Source of the DNA: Chloroflexota bacterium
GTDB lineage: Bacteria; Chloroflexota; Limnocylindria; Limnocylindrales; CSP1-4
Length of the DNA stretch: 64,000 nt
Direction: 5' to 3'
Assembly: GCA_021786385.1 (NCBI GenBank)
Contig: JAJYNJ010000080.1
Span: forward strand, 195-64,194
Below are positions 18,920-31,026 of the stretch, piece by piece (within the stretch, counting starts at the first letter, position 1; each line of letters starts with the position of its first letter). Under the pieces are notes generated by a model. The model had not been told where the DNA came from. It ran no database searches and saw only the letters and a program-made list of their open reading frames with translations. Both the position numbers and the translations under genes were made by a program.

Positions 18920-19725
18920 CAGGCGAGCCAGCCGCCCAGGCGGGCGGCGATCACCAGCAGCACCGCGCCGAGCAGGGCGGCCCGGAAGCGCCGCTCCAGC
19001 GGTGGATCGGGCGGCCACCAGAGGAGGGTGCGCCGTCCCGGTCGGCCGCTCGCGCGCGATTCCATCGCCAAACTGCCCTCGCTCCAATCGTTGATCGCCG
19101 AAACGAGCGTCGGGAAGACGAGTGGCAGGCGCGCGCGGAAGGCGCCCCACGGGCCCCGGCCGATGGCCAGACCGCGGGCGCGCTGCGCGGCCGTGATCTG
19201 GCCCACACGGTCGCGCACCGCCGGTGCTAGGCCGAGCAGCCCGAGCACGCCGAAGACGAGGCCATGGGGGACGCCCCGGCGCTCCAAGTCGAGCGCCATC
19301 GCGCGGCGGTCCGTGGTCCAGGCGAAGAGCGCCGCCGCTGCGGTCACGGCAGCGACCCGCAACAGCACGTCGAGCGCGACCGCGGCTGCGTTCCATGGCG
19401 CGCTGCCGGCCGCCACGCCGGCGCTGCGGGACCCGAGCGCGAAGCGCTCGAGGCCGGCGAGCACCGCCAGCGGAGCGCTCACCTGTGCGCTGAGGAGCGA
19501 GATACGACGCACCAGTCGAGCCCAGACGACGGGCCCCGCCAGCAGCGCCAGCGCGGCGAGCGGGCCCGTCGCGCCCGGGACGACGAGCGCGACGACCAGT
19601 GCGACGCCGCTCAGGGTGAGTTTCGTGGCCGGGTTGCAGGCGTGATAGCGGGTCGCGGCCGGCGGACGCAGGCGCGCTAGGCTCCCGGGCGCTTCAGCCG
19701 CCCCGGCCGGGGGCTCGGGCGGCAT
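18919..19725 (-). CDS. ECF transporter transmembrane (T) component (CbiQ/EcfT family)
   Basis: Polytopic membrane protein with the CbiQ-like ARG motif region (…AQRARGLAIGRGP…). Its ATG overlaps the cbiO stop (TGATG). Confidence 0.75.
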   Translation of the reverse strand: MPPEPPAGAAEAPGSLARLRPPAATRYHACNPATKLTLSGVALVVALVVPGATGPLAALALLAGPVVWARLVRRISLLSAQVSAPLAVLAGLERFALGSRSAGVAAGSAPWNAAAVALDVLLRVAAVTAAAALFAWTTDRRAMALDLERRGVPHGLVFGVLGLLGLAPAVRDRVGQITAAQRARGLAIGRGPWGAFRARLPLVFPTLVSAINDWSEGSLAMESRASGRPGRRTLLWWPPDPPLERRFRAALLGAVLLVIAARLGGWLA

Positions 19726-20702
19726 CAATCGGTGTGGGTGGCCGGGTCGCCAGCCGGACCGGTGGTCGACCATGCGAACGACGCCGTGGTCGACGTTTCA
19801 GGCCGTGCCGCCGTCGACCCGTCGCCCGACCCGTCGCCCGACCCGTCGCCCGGCCCGTCGTCCGATGGCGGGCGTCGCTCGGGCGCCTGGTCCTCGTGGT
19901 GGCCGATGTCGTGTGCGTGCGCATGGAGCGCGCTGCCGTGCTGGTGCAGGTGCTCGTGGATCAGGTTCGCTCGGATCAACAGGGCCCAGTCGTCCAGGAT
20001 CGCCGCCGGCGCGCCGTCCGCGAGGATGCGCCGCTCCTCGCCGAGCACGATCACCCGGTCGGCGATGAGGGGCACGATATCGAGTTCGTGCGTGGCGGTG
20101 ATGAGGGTGCGGCCGGCCTCGCCAAGACGGCGGATCAGGTTGACGAGCACCCACTTGGTGCGCGGATCGAGCGAGGCCGTCGGTTCGTCGAGCAGGACGA
20201 CCTGCGGCTCGAGCGAGAGGACCGACGCGATGGCGGCCCGCTTCTGCTCGCCGCCAGACAGCTCGAAGGGGGCCCGTTGGGCCAGGTGCGCAATCCCCAT
20301 CATGGCCAACGCTTCGTCGCAGCGACGCTTCACCTCCGCCGCCGGCAGCCCCAGCTGTAGCGGCCCGAAGGCGACGTCGTCGAAGACGGTGGCGCTGAAG
20401 AGCTGGATGTCGGGGTCCTGGAAGACGAGGCCGACCGCGCGGTGAAATGTGAAGGCATCCTCGCCGTCGACGACCGAGGCGATCTCGCGGCCCAATGCCC
20501 ACATGCTGCCCTGCTGCGGTGCGATGATGCCGTCGAGGAGCTTGAGCAAGGTCGACTTGCCGCTGCCGTTCGCGCCGAGCAGCACGACCCGCTCGCCCTC
20601 GCGGATCTCGAGATCGACGCCATCGAGCGCGACGTGGTCGCCGCTGTAGACGTATCGGACGCCGCGCAGCGCGTAGAGCAGCCGGCCCTCGGCCGTGCTC
20701 AC
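19725..20702 (-). CDS. cbiO: Cobalt/nickel ECF transporter ATP-binding protein CbiO with a C-terminal His-rich and GDGS-repeat tail
   Basis: GTG start overlapping the cbiQ stop (GTGA). Walker A GANGSGKST, signature LSGGEQKR, Walker B LLDEPT. A tail HEHLHQHGSALHAHAHDIGHHED…GDGSGDGSGDGS follows. Confidence 0.8.
   Translation of the reverse strand: MSTAEGRLLYALRGVRYVYSGDHVALDGVDLEIREGERVVLLGANGSGKSTLLKLLDGIIAPQQGSMWALGREIASVVDGEDAFTFHRAVGLVFQDPDIQLFSATVFDDVAFGPLQLGLPAAEVKRRCDEALAMMGIAHLAQRAPFELSGGEQKRAAIASVLSLEPQVVLLDEPTASLDPRTKWVLVNLIRRLGEAGRTLITATHELDIVPLIADRVIVLGEERRILADGAPAAILDDWALLIRANLIHEHLHQHGSALHAHAHDIGHHEDQAPERRPPSDDGPGDGSGDGSGDGSTAARPETSTTASFAWSTTGPAGDPATHTD
19813..19860. repeat. Tandem 12-nt repeats (GACCCGTCGCCC x ~3-4) encoding the GDGS repeats in the CbiO tail
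   Basis: Read directly on the plus strand: …gacccgtcgcccgacccgtcgcccgacccgtcgcccggcccgtcg…. Confidence 0.5.
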
Positions 20703-21580
20703 GGCAGGAATGGACCCGCCAGAACGCCCACGGCGGCCACCGTCAGCGAACCCGCCAGGACCGCCCAGTCGGTCGTCCGCATGCGGTAGGTGCTGTACGC
20801 GCGGAGCTCGCCGGTGAAGCCGCGCGCCAGCATCGCCGCATACACATCGTTGCTCATCTTGAAGGCTCGATTCACCAGGGCTCCCATCGTGCCACTGATC
20901 CAGCGTCGCTGCTCCGCGCCGCTCGTCCGCCCCACGACGCGGCTCTTGCGGGCCTGCAGCACCCCGTTGACGGTGTGCAGGAAGAGGAAGATGTAGCGGT
21001 ACGTCATCGAGAGGATCAGCACGAAGACCTGCGGCACGTGCAGCGCCCGCAGGCTCTTGAGCAGATCGGCCCACGGGGTCGTCATCACGAGCAGCAACGC
21101 CAGCGAGACGCTGACGCCGACACGCGCCACGAAGATGACCCCGCCGACCACGCCCGGGAGGGACGGTGCAACGTGTAGCGGCCCCGCCGGGAGATCGAAG
21201 AGGCGCGGCCCCGGCACCAGGAAGAGGGCCGGGATCACGACGATCCCGGCCACCAACGGGATGCCCAACCAGACGCGTTTGACGAAGTACCGATAGGGCA
21301 CGTGGCTGGCGCCCGCGGCGGCCAGCACCACGAGGTAGAGGCCCGCCAGGACCGTGATCGATCCGCTCAGACTCGCCGCCAGCACCAAGGCCAGGAAGAT
21401 GGCGAGCTTGGCCCGCGGATCCCGTGCCTGCAGGAACCCGCGCTCCCGGGCGTGCTGCTCGGTGAAGACGGCGTGTTCGATCGACGCGGTGATTCCGGCG
21501 AGGGTCTGCTCGAGCCAGCCGATCCGACCCCGCCGGCGCTCGCGCCCAGCTGCCGCCGCGCCGGGCGCCGGGCCGCTCAC
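20699..21580 (-). CDS. cbiQ: Cobalt ECF transporter T component CbiQ
   Basis: GTG start overlapping the cbiMN stop (GTGA). The CbiQ/EcfT family membrane protein carries the conserved C-terminal ARG-type motifs (ARGFTGE). Confidence 0.8.
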   Translation of the reverse strand: MSGPAPGAAAAGRERRRGRIGWLEQTLAGITASIEHAVFTEQHARERGFLQARDPRAKLAIFLALVLAASLSGSITVLAGLYLVVLAAAGASHVPYRYFVKRVWLGIPLVAGIVVIPALFLVPGPRLFDLPAGPLHVAPSLPGVVGGVIFVARVGVSVSLALLLVMTTPWADLLKSLRALHVPQVFVLILSMTYRYIFLFLHTVNGVLQARKSRVVGRTSGAEQRRWISGTMGALVNRAFKMSNDVYAAMLARGFTGELRAYSTYRMRTTDWAVLAGSLTVAAVGVLAGPFLP

Positions 21581-22860
21581 GCCGTGCTGCCCATCTGGTC
21601 GGGCGCCGCCGACCTGCCGCCACCCAGCACCCGGGCCACCGCCGCGCTGAGGCCGCCCACGATCAGCATGCCCAGGATCCCCGTGATCTCGTAGCCGATC
21701 GCCGCGTGCCAGAGCGGGGCGTTCGCACCCTCGAAGAAGGGGAGCGGTACGTTGTAACCGGAGAGCGGCGCGCTGAAGATGCCCGACAGCTGCTGGAGCC
21801 CTTGCGGCACGTACCCGAACGCGGCCTCGACGTCCTGCGGGCTGCCCTCCCCGTAGGCGAAGCCTGGGGCGATCAGGCCGAGCGGTGCCACCACGGAAAT
21901 GGCGGTGAACGCGGCCCCGATCCGTTTGGCCGGCCGTGGGAGCAGCAGGTACGCGAGCGGCACGAGGACGAGGCCGATCAACGCGACGACGAGGAGCATG
22001 GTGCCGACGTCGGGCCAGCTGACCTGCGACCAGTCGGCGCCGTAGAAGTGGCCCGGGTCTCCGCCGCCCATCAGCAGTCCCAGGACCGCGACGACGAGGA
22101 CAGCGGCGCCGCCGGCGCCCAGCACCAGCTGCCAGAGTGGCCGGGGACTCGACTCGCCCTCGGCCGCGGCGTCGGGCGCGAAGATCCCCCGCAGCGAGGC
22201 GAGGTACTCGGGATGGCGCTGCTGGAAGTACGCCACGCCGAGCCCGGTGATGAGGGCCTCGACGATGGAGGCGCCGAAGGCATGTGCGGCGAGCATGGCG
22301 GGGACCGCCTGCCCGAGCGTGTAGGGGCTGTAGAGCGCGTGGCCGTTCTGCGTGAAGAAGATCGGCTCGACGCCGAGCTCGACGCCCACCGCGAGCGCCG
22401 CCACGGTGATCCCGACGTAGCCACCGATGGCGGCCGCCCAGACACGCCGCGTGGAGAGGAGCGGCGCGCGACCGGCCAGCAGCCGGTACGTCGCGTACCC
22501 GACGAACGGCAGAAGGATCCCCATGTTGAGGCAGTTGGCGAAGATCGCGAGCACCCCGCCGTCTCCGAAGAAGAGTGCCTGGATGATCAACGCCGTGCTC
22601 ACGGCGATCAGCGCCGCCCAGGGGCCGAGCACGATCGCGATGAGGGTGCCCCCGACGCCGTGGGCGGTGGTGCCGCCCGGCACCGGGACGTTGAACATCA
22701 TGATGGTGAAGCTGAGCGCCGCGAAGATCGCCAGCAGCGGGATGGTGCGGTTGTTGAGCACCCGCTTGACGCGCTGCGTCGCGATCGCCCACATGGGCAC
22801 CGTCGCGCCTCCGAGTCCGATCGAGATGACTGGACTCAGATAACCGTCCGGGATGTGCAC
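21577..22860 (-). CDS. cbiM: Cobalt/nickel ECF substrate-capture component CbiM with a long C-terminal membrane extension (CbiN-like / fused)
   Basis: GTG at 22860 with GGGAGG 6 nt upstream. The CbiM N-terminus (M)HIPDGYLSP is canonical. The CbiM core ends near …QQRHPEYLA, and ~190 further residues carry extra TM segments. Confidence 0.8.
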   Translation of the reverse strand: MHIPDGYLSPVISIGLGGATVPMWAIATQRVKRVLNNRTIPLLAIFAALSFTIMMFNVPVPGGTTAHGVGGTLIAIVLGPWAALIAVSTALIIQALFFGDGGVLAIFANCLNMGILLPFVGYATYRLLAGRAPLLSTRRVWAAAIGGYVGITVAALAVGVELGVEPIFFTQNGHALYSPYTLGQAVPAMLAAHAFGASIVEALITGLGVAYFQQRHPEYLASLRGIFAPDAAAEGESSPRPLWQLVLGAGGAAVLVVAVLGLLMGGGDPGHFYGADWSQVSWPDVGTMLLVVALIGLVLVPLAYLLLPRPAKRIGAAFTAISVVAPLGLIAPGFAYGEGSPQDVEAAFGYVPQGLQQLSGIFSAPLSGYNVPLPFFEGANAPLWHAAIGYEITGILGMLIVGGLSAAVARVLGGGRSAAPDQMGSTA

Positions 22861-22894
22861 CGCGTCCTCCCCGCCAGTGCTGCATGCACCGGCT

Positions 22895-22912
22895 GTTGCA
22901 ATACGTTGCAAT
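22895..22912. promoter_or_regulatory. Candidate Fur/Nur-type operator: two TTGCAA palindromic hexamers 10 bp apart (GTTGCAATACGTTGCAAT) in the cbiM / K-channel divergent intergenic region
   Basis: Read directly: …ggctgTTGCAAtacgTTGCAAtgagc… about 35-50 nt upstream of the cbiM GTG. TTGCAA half-sites match the published Nur-box half-site. The coordinates are within a few nt. Confidence 0.35.
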
Positions 22913-22983
22913 GAGCTGTCGGGATTGTAGCCGGCGCGCGGGCGGTTGGCGAGCGTCTGCGGCCGGGCCATACAATCGCCGCG

Positions 22984-24024
22984 ATGACCGACCACGCCGA
23001 ATCGGCCGCGTTACTGCGCCGGCGCACGCCGCTCGGCGCGCGCTTTGGGACGTCACACATTCGGCTCTGGCTCGTGCTCGTCGCGGCCGCCGTGGCCGTG
23101 GGCACCCTCGGCTACGTGGCCATCGAAGGCTGGTCACCGTTCGACGCGCTCTACATGACGGTCATCACCGTCACCACGGTCGGTTTCGGCGAGGTGCATC
23201 CGCTGAGTGCGGCCGGCCGGACATGGACGATGCTTGTGGCCGCCGGGGGCGTGGGGCTCCTCTTCGGGTTCGTCGGCGTGGTGGCCGAATCACTCTTCAC
23301 CGCGGCGACCAGCGGAGAGCGGGAGGCACGGCGGATGGCGCGTCGGGTAGAGGCCCTGCGAGGGCACTTCGTGCTGTGCGGCTACGGCCGCGTCGGTTCG
23401 ACGGTCGCGCACGAGCTGCGTCACGACGGCGAAGCCGTGGTGGTGATCGACGTGCTACCCGAGTCGCTGGACCGCGCACGCGCGGAGGGGTTCCCGGTCG
23501 TCGCCGGCGACGCGACCGATGACGCGACCCTGCACGCCGCCGGGATCGAGCGCGCCCGCGGCCTGATCACGACGGTCGACTCGGACGCCAACAACGTCTA
23601 TGTGATCCTCTCGGCGCGGGCGATCAACCCCGACCTCTTCGTGGTCGGCCGGGCGAACGCCGCGGGGGCGGAGGCCAAACTGATGCAGGCCGGCGCGGAC
23701 CGCGTGGTCTCGCCCTACACGATGGCCGGCCGCCGGATCGCCGGGCTGGCGTTGCGGCCGCGGGTCGTGGAGTACATCGACGCGGCCCTTTCGCACGGCG
23801 AGCTCGCGTTTTCGCTCGAGGAGGTGACCGCCCGCGAGGGCGATTCGATCGCCGGCAGCACCGTGGGCGAGCTGCGCGACCGCGGCATCTTCACGCTGGC
23901 CATCGTGCGGGAGGCGGGTGGCTACGCGGCCAATCCGGCGCCGGAACGGCGGATCGTGGCGGGCGAGACGCTGATCGTCTCGGGGAGCGCCGCGACGCTC
24001 GCCGCGCTGCGCGGCGGGGCGTAA
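22984..24024 (+). CDS. Potassium channel with RCK (TrkA-N/TrkA-C) gating domains (MthK/Kch-like)
   Basis: Two TMs flank the selectivity filter TVGFGE. A Rossmann RCK domain follows (VLCGYGRVGSTVA) with a C-terminal TrkA-C. Confidence 0.8.
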   Translation: MTDHAESAALLRRRTPLGARFGTSHIRLWLVLVAAAVAVGTLGYVAIEGWSPFDALYMTVITVTTVGFGEVHPLSAAGRTWTMLVAAGGVGLLFGFVGVVAESLFTAATSGEREARRMARRVEALRGHFVLCGYGRVGSTVAHELRHDGEAVVVIDVLPESLDRARAEGFPVVAGDATDDATLHAAGIERARGLITTVDSDANNVYVILSARAINPDLFVVGRANAAGAEAKLMQAGADRVVSPYTMAGRRIAGLALRPRVVEYIDAALSHGELAFSLEEVTAREGDSIAGSTVGELRDRGIFTLAIVREAGGYAANPAPERRIVAGETLIVSGSAATLAALRGGA

Positions 24025-24039
24025 TCACGCGCCGATCGG

Positions 24040-27537
<3,498 letters not shown>

Positions 27538-27711
27538 AGTTGAGCGGTCGAGCGTACCCGCATCCGGCAGATCGTGCCGAAACGGCTCTCGGCGGACGCT
27601 TCCCGCCCCTCGCCCGGGTCCTCCCGCCGCCGGCGCCGCCTCCCAGAGCGGGCGGCCTCCACAGGGCCCCGTTCGGCGCGGCCTGCACCTGCTCGCGCTT
27701 GAGTCGGGCCT

Positions 27712-28086
27712 TCAGGCGCCTGCCGTGGTCTCGAGGCGCCGCTCGAGCTCCTCCGCGACGACGCGGGCCTGGTTGTGCTCCTCGTCCCGTGCCCCGAAGA
27801 CCAGGGTGACCGTGCCGCTGTGCGCACGTCTCGCCAGGTGGTCGAGGATCGCGCTCCGTTCGGGGTCCGCCAGTTCGGCCCGATAGCGCGCCCGGAATGT
27901 CTCCCAGCGGGATGGGTCGTGGCCGAACCACGTGCGCAGTTCGTCGCTCGGAGCGACTTCCCGCGCCCACTCGTCGAGGCGGAGCGCGTCGCGGCTGCGG
28001 CCGCGCGGCCATACCCGGTCGACCAAGACGCGATACCCGTCATCGGGCTCCGGCGGGTCGTAGGCCCGTCGTACGCGGATCGTCAT
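27712..28086 (-). CDS. DUF488-family protein
   Basis: 124 aa with the signature YRVLVDRVWPRG…WF. I am inferring the family from this motif pattern. Confidence 0.65.
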   Translation of the reverse strand: MTIRVRRAYDPPEPDDGYRVLVDRVWPRGRSRDALRLDEWAREVAPSDELRTWFGHDPSRWETFRARYRAELADPERSAILDHLARRAHSGTVTLVFGARDEEHNQARVVAEELERRLETTAGA

Positions 28087-28095
28087 GCCACACCC

Positions 28096-28743
28096 TCAAC
28101 GCACATCGGCGGCCAGGCGGAGGCCGAAACCGATCAGGATCGCACCGGTCGCCCGCTCGAGCCACACGCGCGTGCGCCGCGTGCGCAGCAGGTCGCCTGC
28201 GCGCGTGGCCGCATACGCATACGCCGAGAGCCAGGCCAGGCTCATGCCGGCGTGGATCGCCGCCAGCAGCAGGGACCTGGCCAGGACCGGCTGGCCCGGG
28301 ATCATGAACTGCGGCAGGAACGTCGTGTAGAAGACGCCGACCTTGGGGTTCAGCAGGTTCGTCAACAGTCCCTGGCGGAACGCCGCCGCGCGCGATGCCA
28401 GCGCCGCGGTCGTCTCCGTTGCGGTGACCGCGTGGCGGTGCTGCCGGCTGGCCAGCAGGGCCGCCACGCCCAGCGCGACGAGATATGCGGCGCCTGCCAG
28501 CTTGAGCGCCTCGAAGAGGGCCGCCGAGGTCGCCAGGACGGCCGCGATCCCGATCGACGAGGCGATGCCCCAGGCCAGCACGCCCGTGACGGTGCCCGCG
28601 GCCGTAAGAATCGCGGTCCCCGTTCCCGAGCGCAGCGCGTTGCGCAGGACCAGCGCCATGTCCGGGCCCGGCGAGATCGTCAGGAGGGCAGCGACCCCGA
28701 TGAAGGCGAGCAGGCGAGAATCCACACAGGCGCTCCGTTGCAT
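28096..28743 (-). CDS. LysE/RhtB-family amino-acid exporter
   Basis: About 215 aa with 6 TMs and the LysE-type N-terminus (LLAFIGVAALLTISPGPDMALVL). The upstream in-frame extension to 28785 is probably not translated. Confidence 0.7.
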   Translation of the reverse strand: MQRSACVDSRLLAFIGVAALLTISPGPDMALVLRNALRSGTGTAILTAAGTVTGVLAWGIASSIGIAAVLATSAALFEALKLAGAAYLVALGVAALLASRQHRHAVTATETTAALASRAAAFRQGLLTNLLNPKVGVFYTTFLPQFMIPGQPVLARSLLLAAIHAGMSLAWLSAYAYAATRAGDLLRTRRTRVWLERATGAILIGFGLRLAADVR

Positions 28744-28870
28744 CGACGCCGCGGGCCACGGCAGCACCCAGGCGTGTGCGAGCATCGACGCGCCGATGCT
28801 ACACGAGACCGGCGCGGACGGACGACCACGGCCCGCCCGCCGTCAGTCGGCGGTGGGGGTTGCCCGCCGA

Positions 28871-29527
28871 TCACGGCGTCGCGGCCGGTGTCCCCCGCAC
28901 GGAGGCGGCGAAGTCGGCGATCGCCCCGTCGGAATGCTCGTGCCGGCCCAGCGCCTCGATGAGAGCGAGCGGGATCGTCAGCGAGTGTGCCCCCGCCAAC
29001 AGTGTCTCGACCGCCTCGTCGCGGGTCTTGATGCTCGCCGCCAGTATCTCCACCCCGCCACCGCAGGCTTCGAGGACGGCGCGCATCGCGCGGACGAGGC
29101 CCGGACCGTCCCCTAGCAGGCGCGTGCTGCGGTTCACGTAGGGCAGCACGTACCGTGCGCCTACTTGATACGCCAGATAGGCCTGCGCCGGGCTGAAGAT
29201 CGCGGTCATGCCGACGATGAACCCCTCCTGGGCGAGCCGGTGGCCCAGGACGAAATGGGCTGGTGTCGACGGGAGCTTGATGCCGACGCGGCCCGGGCGG
29301 AGCCCGCTGATCCGGCGGACCTCCGCCTCCGCCTCTGCGACCGTCGGGGCCACGGGCTGGTAGAAGACGAGCCCGGGGTGGACGTCGCACAGCTCGGCGA
29401 TGACGTCGCCGGGCGCGCGCCCGGTGGCGGCCACGAGGGTCGGATTGGTGGTGATGCCGGCGACGAAGCCGAGCGTCGCGGCCTTCCGCGCGTCGTCGGC
29501 CGACGCCGAGTCGAGGAAGAGTGCCAT
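28871..29527 (-). CDS. Transaldolase-family enzyme (fructose-6-phosphate aldolase / TalC-like)
   Basis: ATG at 29527 with GGGAGG upstream. The N-terminus MALFLDSASADD…GITTNPTL and the Schiff-base Lys context (…RVGIKLP…) are typical of FSA/short transaldolases. Confidence 0.8.
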   Translation of the reverse strand: MALFLDSASADDARKAATLGFVAGITTNPTLVAATGRAPGDVIAELCDVHPGLVFYQPVAPTVAEAEAEVRRISGLRPGRVGIKLPSTPAHFVLGHRLAQEGFIVGMTAIFSPAQAYLAYQVGARYVLPYVNRSTRLLGDGPGLVRAMRAVLEACGGGVEILAASIKTRDEAVETLLAGAHSLTIPLALIEALGRHEHSDGAIADFAASVRGTPAATP

Positions 29528-29575
29528 GGGTGTGCCTCCCGATCCTCCGCCGAACCCCGCCCGACGGTGCGCCAC

Positions 29576-30781
29576 TTAGCCGCCTGCGACGGCCCTGAGC
29601 GCGTCGACGACGCGGGGCAGGTTCGCTTCGGTCAGCCCGGCGACGTTGATCCGACCGCGTCCCACGGCGTAGATCGCGAACTCGTCGCGCAACCGCGCCA
29701 CCTGTTCCGCGGTCAGGCCGAGCAGCGCGAACATGCCGCGCTGCTCCCGCAGCGGCTCCCAGTCGCCCGCGACGCCCGCAGCCTCGAGCGCGTCGACGAG
29801 CGCCGCGCGGTTGCCGCGGATCCGCCCGCGCATGGCGGCCAGCTCCGTCTCCCACTGGGCGCGCAGGGCGCCGTCGCAGAGGATCGTCTCCACGATGTCC
29901 GCACCGTGCGAGGGCGGGTTCGAATAGTTGGCGCGGATCGCGATCTTGAGGTGGCTGAGCGCGGCCGCCGCCCGCTGGCCGTCGGTCGCTACCACCGTCA
30001 GCGCCCCGACGCGCTCGTTGTAGAGGGCGAAGTTCTTCGAGAAGCTGGAGCAGACGAGGAACTCCAGGTCTGGTCGGGCCAGGCCTGCCTGCCAGTCGGC
30101 GTCTTCGCGCAGGCCGTGTCCGAACCCCTGATAGGCGAAGTCGACGATCGGCACCAGGTCGCGGTCCCGCAGCACGTCGCCGATGGCGTGCCACGCGGCA
30201 GGGTCGGGGTCGACACCGGTCGGGTTGTGGCAGGAGCCGTGCAGCACGACAACGTCGCCGCGCGCCGCCGAGCGCAACGTGCTCAGCATCCCGGCGACGT
30301 CCAGGTGACGGCCCCCCGCGTCGAGGTAGGGGTAGCGACGCACCTCGAAACCGGCCAGCGAGAAGAGCTGCGTATGGTTCGGCCAGGTCGGTTCACTCAG
30401 CCAGACGGTGCGGTTCGACCCTGTCTGCAGCAGGAAGTCGGCAGCGACACGCAGGGCGCCCGTGCCGCCCGGAGTCTGCACCGTCACCGAGCGCCGCCCG
30501 GCCACGATCTCGTGGTCGGGCTCGAAGACGAGATCGCGCACCGCCTCGCGGTACGCCGGCCGGCCGTCGATCGGCAGGTAGCCCTTCGATCCTGCGCGGG
30601 CGAGCAGCCGACGCTCGGCCTCGAGGACCGAGGGCATGACGGGCGTCGTCCCGGTCTGGTCGACGTAGACGCCCACGGCGAGGTTGACCTTGGCTGGCCG
30701 GGGGTCGGCACGGAAGGCCTCGCTGAGGCCGAGGATCGGATCGGGCGGGGCGGGTGTGAGCGAGCGGGTGGGCAGGGACAT
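29576..30781 (-). CDS. Class-I aspartate/aromatic amino-acid aminotransferase (AspC/TyrB family)
   Basis: 401 aa with the PLP-lysine motif SFSKNFALYNERVG and an AAT-type N-terminus (PDPILGLSEAFRADPRP…NLAVGVY). The ATG at 30781 was confirmed in the sequence. Confidence 0.8.
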   Translation of the reverse strand: MSLPTRSLTPAPPDPILGLSEAFRADPRPAKVNLAVGVYVDQTGTTPVMPSVLEAERRLLARAGSKGYLPIDGRPAYREAVRDLVFEPDHEIVAGRRSVTVQTPGGTGALRVAADFLLQTGSNRTVWLSEPTWPNHTQLFSLAGFEVRRYPYLDAGGRHLDVAGMLSTLRSAARGDVVVLHGSCHNPTGVDPDPAAWHAIGDVLRDRDLVPIVDFAYQGFGHGLREDADWQAGLARPDLEFLVCSSFSKNFALYNERVGALTVVATDGQRAAAALSHLKIAIRANYSNPPSHGADIVETILCDGALRAQWETELAAMRGRIRGNRAALVDALEAAGVAGDWEPLREQRGMFALLGLTAEQVARLRDEFAIYAVGRGRINVAGLTEANLPRVVDALRAVAGG

Positions 30782-31026
30782 GGCGTTCCTCGCAGGCGAT
30801 CTCAGGCGGGGACCACCCAAACTGTACACGGATCGCCGCGTCGAGATGGCCAGCGGGAGCCTGGGACCGCTGTCAGGGTGGACGGCATGGCCCGCGACCA
30901 GCGCCGCGGACCAGATGCCCCGCATCCCCTGGCCGTTGGTCTGGCCAGCCGCGCTGTCGCCGCGCTCGATCGTCGTCGGTTTCGGGAATCGGCTGGGCAC
31001 CAGCCTCGCGGGCCGGCGCAGTCGGG

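Noticed and set aside
19725-21623. 632-aa ORF upstream extension of cbiO
   Set aside because: The N-terminal 300 residues are frame-shifted read-through of cbiQ. The genuine cbiO starts at the GTG at 20702, overlapping the cbiQ stop.
20699-23137. 812-aa minus-strand ORF spanning cbiQ and part of cbiM
   Set aside because: Only the 3' 293 codons (cbiQ, GTG at 21580 overlapping the cbiM stop) are real. The upstream part is an out-of-frame read through cbiM, which is encoded in another frame with canonical CbiM motifs.
22884-23522. 212-aa plus-strand Arg-rich ORF overlapping the K+ channel gene
   Set aside because: It is out of frame with the motif-bearing channel ORF (TVGFGE filter, RCK domain) and is low-complexity.
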